Assembly: GCA_937901925.1 (NCBI GenBank)
Contig: CALGTS010000058.1
Coordinates: 4,605 to 68,604, forward strand
From: an uncultured Bacteroidales bacterium
Lineage (GTDB): Bacteria > Bacteroidota > Bacteroidia > Bacteroidales > WCHB1-69
Length of the DNA: 64,000 nucleotides
Direction of reading: 5' to 3'
Positions 56,607 through 64,000 of this stretch are shown one piece after another. A program made the translations under genes and the position numbers. Under the pieces are notes generated by a model that was not told the DNA's origin, did no database searches, and saw only the letters and a list, made by a program, of their open reading frames with translations. Numbering within the stretch: the stretch's first letter is position 1; the number at the start of each line of letters is the position of its first letter.

Positions 56607-57491
56607 CTATGCCTCTCTTTCGTATGAAATTTCGGAGATAAGACGCAGATTTTCAGGGTCAACTTCATCTAAAGCGTAGTTCATCATTTTAGAATCTCTC
56701 CCCTGCTCATCAACAAAAAAATCAGTACGTGCCACAATTTTCTCCTCTTTATTATATTGTGTTACAGATGCAAGATGATTTTCTTCGTACTGATACACCA
56801 TTTTTTGATAGGAATCCAAATCTTCCTCTTCCGCCTCAATCAGACGCCCTTTCTCATCGTAAACAAAATATTTTGCAGCAATCAAGGTGTCTGAATAGTT
56901 GTAAATCAGCTCCTTCACTTTCTTTCCATCTTCGTAAGTATATAGAAATGTACGACGATCTTTATCTTTCACTTCATCTCTAACGTAAGAGGTCATCTCT
57001 CTATTCTCGTTATAAGTATATTGATGAATATACTGTTTTTCACCGAAATCGTCGTAATCTACCTGTTTTACTAACAAACCATCTTGATACTCCATCTCCT
57101 TCTCTGTGTATGAAAATTCGTCATCATCATAAGCATCTTGGCGAATAGGAAGATGATTTTCATAAACAAATCGAGAGGTATAAGCCATTCCCTCTTCACC
57201 ATAGAAATCGGAACGTTCGCATAAATCACCTTCACTATCATACTGACAGATAGTCTTTTTCGATATTTCACCCTCTTCATCATACAGCAAAGAGTTGACT
57301 AACTTATTTTTTTCATCATACTCGTTTACCAAACGACTCAAACATTGATTTTCGGGGGAAAAATGGGTTTCTTCCAGCACATCTTTATTATCGTTATAGA
57401 TAACTTCAGCCTCTTTATAATCGATTTCTTGGATATCATCTTTTGCATATCCAACTCTTGCATAGTTCTTTACAAATACAGTAATTTTCAT
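56607..57491 (-). CDS. Hypothetical acidic cytoplasmic protein with YD-like repeats
   Basis: 294 aa, no signal peptide. Recurring Y-D/E-x-x-G segments (YDEEGEI, YDSEGDL, YDEKGRL). Abuts the thpR start. Confidence 0.45.
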   Translation of the reverse strand: MKITVFVKNYARVGYAKDDIQEIDYKEAEVIYNDNKDVLEETHFSPENQCLSRLVNEYDEKNKLVNSLLYDEEGEISKKTICQYDSEGDLCERSDFYGEEGMAYTSRFVYENHLPIRQDAYDDDEFSYTEKEMEYQDGLLVKQVDYDDFGEKQYIHQYTYNENREMTSYVRDEVKDKDRRTFLYTYEDGKKVKELIYNYSDTLIAAKYFVYDEKGRLIEAEEEDLDSYQKMVYQYEENHLASVTQYNKEEKIVARTDFFVDEQGRDSKMMNYALDEVDPENLRLISEISYEREA

Positions 57492-57497
57492 AACTAA

Positions 57498-59555
57498 CTA
57501 TTTTAATGTTGAATATTCATGAGCGTAGCGCATCATCTGGTCAACGTATGTTTCTGAATAATCCAACTTAATATCAGTAATATTTCCATCATTATCTTTC
57601 TCAACTACAAATTTCGGATTAACAAAACCACCATACGGAGCAATATCCAATTTAGCGAAACGTTCGAGTACCTCTTGGTGTAAGGTTGGATTGACTTTCA
57701 CACCATATTTCTCTACCAAATCTGCAGCTGCTTTGTAATTACCTGTAGATTTAATCTCTTGAACGTAGGCTAACAATTTCCCGAAAAGTTCACGAAGTTT
57801 CTGATAATCATTAACTTTTACGTAAGTTTTTCCATCTCGAGTAACCATTTCGATTACATTATCAGCACGACCATTTTCATAACACCAATTGGCAATGATA
57901 GCACGATTACGCATGTGTGCTTCCGTAATCTGCTCACCTGGGTTGATACGATTCAATTGAAGCATTAAGCCATTAACGATAAAACGATAGTAACCGGCTT
58001 GGTAGGCATCTTCTTCCGGAAGAAGTTCCAGTTCAACCAATTTAGGGTCAGCCAAGAAGTAGAGCGAAAAGAGGTCTGCACGAGTTTCTTCAATCACGGA
58101 GTGATAATTTTTCAGTAAATCATCACTTACGCCTGGCAACATCTGTCCAGAACCATGTCCCAAACACTCGTGCATATCAGTAAGAAGATTATCGGCGATA
58201 TAGCCATACTTTTCATTCATACTAATCTCATATTCAGAAAAATAGAATTCATCAGCAGTTCCATTTTTCATTCTTGCTTGCGCGTATGCATACACTATAT
58301 TCTCCATCGTTACCGATTTAGAACCATGCTCCTTACGAATCCAATTAGCATTAGGAAGGTTGATACCGATTGGTGTTGCTGGAAAACAATCACCGCCGAG
58401 ATGAGCCACAGTAATTACCTTTGCAGTAACGCCTTTCACATTTTCCTTTTTGAACTTATCCGCAATCGGGGAATTGTTCTCAAACCATTGAGCATTCTGA
58501 CTGATAATCTCTGTACGTCTCGAATTTTTCAAATCTTTATAATCCACAACAGCTTCCCAGGTAGCTTTTCTTCCCATTGGGTCGTTATACACTTCAATAA
58601 ATCCATTCACGTAATCCACAAATGATTGAGTATCTTCTACCCACTGCACATTGTATCTGTCCCACGTAAAAAGGTCTCCAGTTTTGTAATAATCTATTAA
58701 TGTTGTAATATGTTCCTTTTGAGCATCATTTTCTGCCACTTCTGCAGCTTTCTGCAACCAGAAAACCACCTTTTGCAAAGGTTGTGCATACAATCCTTCC
58801 GTGCAATAGACACGTTCATAAACTTTATTGATTTCCAAATCTTTAACCAACTGTGAATTAAGCCCTAAGGATATTGGTTTCTCTGGATCGTAAGCTTTGC
58901 CCAAACTGGTTCTATAATATTCGTAATACTCTTCCACCTCTTGTTGAGTTACATTTCTGTAAAAGTTGACAGCTGAACTTTGTACCAAATCTGCATTGGG
59001 GTCTTGACTCACTTTCAGAGAAACTTTCGTAGTGTCAAAAATAACATTAGCAATCAGATCCATAACTATTTTCTGTTGAAGTTGATCGCCAGCAAAAATT
59101 TTATTTTTATCGGAACCATTCATCAGCGAAAAGAAATACTCTTTCGAGATTTCTGGATAGAATTTGGCGTAAGAGTAGTGGTGATGGATTCCGTTAGAGA
59201 ACCAAAAACGTTTCACATACTCCATAAACTTTTCCCAATCTTGGGTTGACTTATCGCCTGAATAAGTATCAACTATTGCTTCTAAAGCATTCTTAATCAA
59301 AATATTATAAGCACAATTTTGATCGAATATAATATCTCTTCCGCAGAGAGCGGCTTCACTTAGGTAATAAACTAATTTCTTTTGATTTAGTGAGAGCGAA
59401 TCCCAATTATCCACCTGATAGCGCATAATTTCGACATCTGCAAAGTGATCTACAACATAATTAAATGATTGTGCTGATTCTTTCACCTCTTCTTCTGTTT
59501 TACAACCTGCCAAAAGTGCAGCAATTCCGAACATAAGAACAAAAATTTTTTTCAT
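57498..59555 (-). CDS. Dipeptidyl-peptidase III (peptidase M49) lipoprotein
   Basis: Lipobox LLAGCK. Zinc motifs HECLGHGSG and EETRADL, characteristic of M49. Confidence 0.8.
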   Translation of the reverse strand: MKKIFVLMFGIAALLAGCKTEEEVKESAQSFNYVVDHFADVEIMRYQVDNWDSLSLNQKKLVYYLSEAALCGRDIIFDQNCAYNILIKNALEAIVDTYSGDKSTQDWEKFMEYVKRFWFSNGIHHHYSYAKFYPEISKEYFFSLMNGSDKNKIFAGDQLQQKIVMDLIANVIFDTTKVSLKVSQDPNADLVQSSAVNFYRNVTQQEVEEYYEYYRTSLGKAYDPEKPISLGLNSQLVKDLEINKVYERVYCTEGLYAQPLQKVVFWLQKAAEVAENDAQKEHITTLIDYYKTGDLFTWDRYNVQWVEDTQSFVDYVNGFIEVYNDPMGRKATWEAVVDYKDLKNSRRTEIISQNAQWFENNSPIADKFKKENVKGVTAKVITVAHLGGDCFPATPIGINLPNANWIRKEHGSKSVTMENIVYAYAQARMKNGTADEFYFSEYEISMNEKYGYIADNLLTDMHECLGHGSGQMLPGVSDDLLKNYHSVIEETRADLFSLYFLADPKLVELELLPEEDAYQAGYYRFIVNGLMLQLNRINPGEQITEAHMRNRAIIANWCYENGRADNVIEMVTRDGKTYVKVNDYQKLRELFGKLLAYVQEIKSTGNYKAAADLVEKYGVKVNPTLHQEVLERFAKLDIAPYGGFVNPKFVVEKDNDGNITDIKLDYSETYVDQMMRYAHEYSTLK

Positions 59556-59577
59556 TATATATCAATTATAGTTTCTA

Positions 59578-60234
59578 TTAAAAAGCTACAAAGCCTATTC
59601 CCAATTTCAATCCAATGCAGTAATTCTCCAGCACTCTTGTTTTTGCGTTTTCAACCGCATCATAATGAAAATCAAAGAATTTATATCCTGACATTGTGGC
59701 GCCAAGGAAAAAGCCGTAATTCAATTTCAAGCGTTGGCAAAGTACAAAATCACGACCATATTCCAACTTCACTCCAAAACTATTTTCTCTTTCCGAAGGT
59801 AGAGCATTCTCCACATCTTGGAGTTTGTAATTAAAAGAAAACCAATCGAATTGCACGCGGAAATATCTTCCTAACGGAGCCACTGCGTTTTTTCCAAGAT
59901 AGATTTTAAAAAAAGCTCCAGCACCCATTGCCGTCAAATCATAATAAGCAAATCTGCCCGAATCATCTTTACTACGAAATGCTGTGGTAAAGAAATTAAA
60001 ATAGGGCCCTACAGTAATTTTCTGTCCTGCAATAATCTCAAAACCTGGAGAAAAGTTGTAGTTAAAGTGCCAATATTTACCTTCATTACTAATAAAATTG
60101 GGTAAGGTAAAAGCGGGAGACAGGCTCAAATCGGCATTCACAATAAAGCGGCGACCTATAAAACCGACATTTTGCGCTTCAGATGCTGTTCCCAAGCAGA
60201 GAACGAACAAACAAACAGTTAAAAACTTTCTCAT
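59578..60234 (-). CDS. Hypothetical outer-membrane beta-barrel protein
   Basis: Signal peptide, alternating beta-strand pattern and a C-terminal aromatic residue (GFVAF). Confidence 0.45.
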   Translation of the reverse strand: MRKFLTVCLFVLCLGTASEAQNVGFIGRRFIVNADLSLSPAFTLPNFISNEGKYWHFNYNFSPGFEIIAGQKITVGPYFNFFTTAFRSKDDSGRFAYYDLTAMGAGAFFKIYLGKNAVAPLGRYFRVQFDWFSFNYKLQDVENALPSERENSFGVKLEYGRDFVLCQRLKLNYGFFLGATMSGYKFFDFHYDAVENAKTRVLENYCIGLKLGIGFVAF

Positions 60235-62324
60235 TTTCCACCTCCTTTCTTTGGGGTAATATTATGATAAAAGCGATAAATCGCATTTTCTATCTCTGCA
60301 CGGGGCACTAACGTAGATGCCGTATAATTATCCATAATAAGCGGTTCTGATTCAACCATATCATACAACATAAAGACACATTCCACATCGTGATAATACA
60401 ATATTGAATTGAAGACTGCAAAGGGCGTTGCGACGGGCAGCAAAGCAATCGTATAGATAGCTCCAAACCAAGCTGAAGAGAATGATATTCTGTCTGGCAC
60501 AGAAACGGCGTAGAGCAGATTCAGATATTGGGTACCCAAGGCATCGCAAGTGGGTTGGATTCCGCTTGACTGATAGAGAAACATCTTAGCGTCACCCATT
60601 CGAAGGAAATCGTAACTCCAGAGTTGTAATTTGCAATAATGGTTGTACATCTCATCTGACACAAACATATCTTTTGCAATCAGCAGTGATGCGTTCAGGT
60701 CTTGTTTTTTTAGTGAAATTTCTACAACATTATCGAGCACCTTATCTTTATCTTTAGGGACATCTTTTCCCCAGCGGAAACGGTAAAATTGAGGATGCCA
60801 AACAATAAAACGCTCAGACATTGCATTTTTCTCTCCTATCAACTTCTCATCCTCCTCTTCATCTAAAGCATCGTAATACAATTTCCAAAACTCATCATCG
60901 GCACGTAAATCCACCAACATATAGTTTTTGGTTTCAAAATCCTCGTTAGGGAGCACCTTTTCACGTTCATTTCCTTGCTGACTTTTAATTTTATCATACT
61001 TCCCCTTCTTTTCGGTTTCTGTTTTCTTAACCGTTGTATCTACAGGAATTGTCGAAGGGTCAATACCCATAGCATAGTCGGAATAGTTCTGATATTTCAT
61101 CTTTCCTTTTTCAGACAACACCTCAATAATTTCACCTGCAACTTGTTTAAAGTAGCTATTTTCGGGGAATATTTTTGCATAGTTCCAAGCAAAGCGTAAT
61201 GCTAACAAAGCGCATTCATCGCGGGAAATTTTTGACAGAAAATGACTCAGTCGTTGTTGTTCACCTTCAACCAAATCAGACTTCGTGATGTAGTCATTTC
61301 CATTTCCCTCTAACTTATGCATTGCAAATCCATAAATTCCAGCAACCCAAGCTTGACAAAGAAAAGGATCGTTAGGATTTTCATCTAACAGAACGTATGT
61401 ATTATACAAAGCTGCATCATACTGATGGAAAGTAAGATCGATATTGATGGTTTCACATCGTGCTTGATGGCGGAGTTTATAAAACAGTTCTTCAGATTGA
61501 AGAAAACGAGAACGATTTTCATCACTTTTTCGTTCCACTTGATTGGCAATCCATTCGCGACGTTTTGCCAAGTTTGGGTGTGTCAATAGTGTATCTACAT
61601 AATCTTCACGACTACGAATAGGTGTTACTGCCGAAATAAAATACTTATCGGGGAAAGTATAATATTCAGACTCAACAAATGCTCTTTCAAACTCAACTTC
61701 ATCAAAAGGAAGGTATGAATATTGAAGCACATCAAAAACACCATCAAGAGCTTCGTAGCTATATTTAGAATTTTGATAATAGCGTTCAAAGGCGATACGG
61801 TCGGCTTCGGTTTCCTGTTCGCGGCTCCGAACCATACGCAAAAAACCACCCACATCATATTTCTTATCCTTTTTCTTGACTTTCTTCTCTTTTTCCAAAT
61901 GTTTTTCAGCATAATGTGCTATTTCGTGCGCCAATATAAAGGCCAATTCGCTTTCATTCTGCAGTTGCGCAAGCAGCCCCGTTGTTACCACTATCATTCC
62001 ATTAGCGTAACTATAAGCGTTCACATCAGAACGACGTAAAATATAAAAACGCAACTCCTGACGCAAAGTGCGATAATGACTTTCTAGAAGATTGTCAGCT
62101 ACTTTCTCCACATATTTATTCATTGGAGAGCCATAAACCAACAAGCCACTTTCTACCAAATACTTATAAACGCCATCTTCCTCATTAGCACCTTTATCCA
62201 AGTAATAAGCAAAGTCAGCGGGCACAGGACCAGCCGACTGTAACGCTTCATAAACAAACTTAGATTGTGCTTGTGTAGTAAGTAGCGTAAAAAAAACAAA
62301 AAACAATAAAAAAACTCTTTTCAT
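60231..62324 (-). CDS. M48-family zinc metallopeptidase domain protein
   Basis: Signal peptide and HEIAH (HExxH) within LAFILAHEIAHYAEKH. 697 aa. Confidence 0.7.
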   Translation of the reverse strand: MKRVFLLFFVFFTLLTTQAQSKFVYEALQSAGPVPADFAYYLDKGANEEDGVYKYLVESGLLVYGSPMNKYVEKVADNLLESHYRTLRQELRFYILRRSDVNAYSYANGMIVVTTGLLAQLQNESELAFILAHEIAHYAEKHLEKEKKVKKKDKKYDVGGFLRMVRSREQETEADRIAFERYYQNSKYSYEALDGVFDVLQYSYLPFDEVEFERAFVESEYYTFPDKYFISAVTPIRSREDYVDTLLTHPNLAKRREWIANQVERKSDENRSRFLQSEELFYKLRHQARCETINIDLTFHQYDAALYNTYVLLDENPNDPFLCQAWVAGIYGFAMHKLEGNGNDYITKSDLVEGEQQRLSHFLSKISRDECALLALRFAWNYAKIFPENSYFKQVAGEIIEVLSEKGKMKYQNYSDYAMGIDPSTIPVDTTVKKTETEKKGKYDKIKSQQGNEREKVLPNEDFETKNYMLVDLRADDEFWKLYYDALDEEEDEKLIGEKNAMSERFIVWHPQFYRFRWGKDVPKDKDKVLDNVVEISLKKQDLNASLLIAKDMFVSDEMYNHYCKLQLWSYDFLRMGDAKMFLYQSSGIQPTCDALGTQYLNLLYAVSVPDRISFSSAWFGAIYTIALLPVATPFAVFNSILYYHDVECVFMLYDMVESEPLIMDNYTASTLVPRAEIENAIYRFYHNITPKKGGGK

Positions 62325-62334
62325 AGTTCAAAAA

Positions 62335-63951
62335 TTAATCCCAACTCCATTGTCCATCAAGATCAAAATGGTAGATACTATAATTCTTGCCGAAAGTACC
62401 GAAGTAAACGCGGTCACCATCTACATTCCAAACCGTGTTAAAACTCTCTTTCAGTTTGGTTGGAAGCATTACCACTTTACGTTCTACATCGCCCAAATTG
62501 GCAAATTTTGCCATTACAACGCAAGTTTGTTTGGTCTGCGCAACGTTGATACTCAATCTTTCTGGCTTTTTATTTTTGCCATTAAAATTCTTAATGTTAT
62601 CAGTATAAATAAAATAGATATCGCTACCTTTAATTATAGGGTAGAACGAAACGCCACCATTAGGGTATTGATATACAGGTTCTCCGGCTCCAGCATTTAC
62701 ATTAAATCCTAAGATTCTAATTGCAGTTCTACGTTCACCAGAATTGCGCTCTCCCATCTGCACACCATTGGAAAGAAGTTGTCTTTTATGTATCACTTCA
62801 GTACCCACATTTTCACCATCCTTAGCAATTAAAGTGCAAAGGATATTACCTAAACGATGAGAATAGCTTTTTTGACCCGTTCGTTGATCAACATATATAA
62901 TAGTCTGTCTTTGCTCACCTAATAAAGCAATATATTCATTATCCAATTGATACAAACCTCTACATTCAGTTATTTCGTTTGGATTAATATCGTTTTGCCC
63001 AATATTTTTAGTTTTCACATCAAAAGGCACCACTGTTGAATGCTCTAACTCCTCTTCTCGTTCATTGAAAATTGCGGTAAAGTAACCTGCTGTCAACAAC
63101 TTTTTCTCTCCATAATAACCGCCCACCATATAATTTCCATTGGGCAGAATCATCATCTTCATAGATGAAATCGTTCCAAATTCAGCAGGCATCTCCATCG
63201 AAATTACATCATTTTCGTTGAATGAAAGAAGCTGTGCCATAGGATTTAGGACTTTCCTTTTTTCATTAGTTGCTGTAGAAAGTAGCATCACAACTTTTCC
63301 TTTATCAGAGAATTTCATATCCTCAATAGAGAATGAATTTCCCTTAATTTGAGGTTGATAGATATTGCTCCACAACTCGGTAGCACTATTATCGTATGCA
63401 GCAATATAAATCCCTTTCAAAACATCTTTTCCATCTAATAATGCCACAGCAAAAGCATATTTAGAACCATCAGGCGATTGAGAAGCATAGCTCCAAACTT
63501 CCGCTTTTTTCCCAACATTTTGGACAAAAATCTCTTCAGGTTTTAGCTCTTGAATACCATTAGAAGACCTTGACAAGGAGGCAGTTGCACTATAAATTGT
63601 ACATTTTTGAGTTTTATTATCAATAAGATAATAGTAGAGATTCACAACTTCGCCAACTACGTGAGAATGAATATAGCGAAATCCTACAGGCAAACTTAAA
63701 TTCTCTTCATATACCGATTTTCTAGATTTATCATAATAAACAAGCGAATGATGCTCATTTTTCTTTCCATTGCCATAAGAAAGATGATAATTTACAAATT
63801 GATCCTCATCTTCATAAACAGGATATTGTTCAGAATACATAAAATTATACTCTGGAACAACCGCTCCAGTTCCTTGAACAAGAGGTGTTTGTGCAAATAA
63901 ACTCATTGAAACACAAATCACAAAAGCGACAAAAAGGTAAACTTTCTTCAT
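62335..63951 (-). CDS. Hypothetical secreted protein
   Basis: Signal peptide MKKVYLFVAFVICVSMSLFAQ. Beta-rich, no recognisable motif. ORF-track start 63975 trimmed. Confidence 0.5.
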   Translation of the reverse strand: MKKVYLFVAFVICVSMSLFAQTPLVQGTGAVVPEYNFMYSEQYPVYEDEDQFVNYHLSYGNGKKNEHHSLVYYDKSRKSVYEENLSLPVGFRYIHSHVVGEVVNLYYYLIDNKTQKCTIYSATASLSRSSNGIQELKPEEIFVQNVGKKAEVWSYASQSPDGSKYAFAVALLDGKDVLKGIYIAAYDNSATELWSNIYQPQIKGNSFSIEDMKFSDKGKVVMLLSTATNEKRKVLNPMAQLLSFNENDVISMEMPAEFGTISSMKMMILPNGNYMVGGYYGEKKLLTAGYFTAIFNEREEELEHSTVVPFDVKTKNIGQNDINPNEITECRGLYQLDNEYIALLGEQRQTIIYVDQRTGQKSYSHRLGNILCTLIAKDGENVGTEVIHKRQLLSNGVQMGERNSGERRTAIRILGFNVNAGAGEPVYQYPNGGVSFYPIIKGSDIYFIYTDNIKNFNGKNKKPERLSINVAQTKQTCVVMAKFANLGDVERKVVMLPTKLKESFNTVWNVDGDRVYFGTFGKNYSIYHFDLDGQWSWD

Positions 63952-64000
63952 AATATTATTTTTAAAATTAAACATTCAAAATTAAGGTGCAAATATACGA

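Overview
Bacteroidota (Bacteroidales-like) chromosomal segment. Supporting signs are TAnnTTTG -7 promoter boxes, a T9SS C-terminal sorting domain and a TonB receptor paired with a DUF4249-like partner. My hand counts on single 60-nt lines give roughly 40% GC in housekeeping genes.

The flanks (1-29 kb and 52-64 kb) carry ordinary housekeeping and envelope genes:
- Left: MATE pump, ECF sigma module, glyA, panC/panD, gpmA, clpC, tRNA(CAT), tRNA-Ser(GGA), lplA, nadK, buk, nrnA, two FKBP PPIases.
- Right: alaS, smpB, a MerR regulator, thpR, DPP-III, an M48 peptidase.

The centre (29.0-51.8 kb) is a ~22.8 kb type III-A CRISPR-Cas island.
- Interference operon (minus strand): cas6-cas10-csm2-csm3-csm4-csm5.
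- An AAA-ATPase/DUF4143 insertion follows on the same strand.
- Next is a battery of predicted cyclic-oligoadenylate (cOA) effectors. It holds a Cad1-type CARF-adenosine deaminase translationally coupled to a NUDIX hydrolase, three divergent tandem Can2/Card1-like CARF-PD-(D/E)xK nucleases, and a 121-aa orphan Rossmann-like protein.
- A divergent plus-strand adaptation operon encodes an SF1 helicase whose N-terminus is a paralog of that orphan domain, then cas1, a Prim-Pol (CAPP-like) gene, and a cas2 with an N-terminal extension.
- The operon is followed by a leader and a 33-repeat, 32-spacer array.

Other notable points:
- Csm3 has Asn at the position of the catalytic Asp.
- A cobalamin riboswitch drives a T9SS-sorted protein with two transcobalamin-beta-like repeats.
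- Four copies of a ~180-250 bp intergenic repeat sit as two inward-facing pairs, each bracketing a ~3.4-3.8 kb gene cassette.

All coordinates, alignments and counts were done by eye. Family assignments rest on motifs I recognise, not on database searches.
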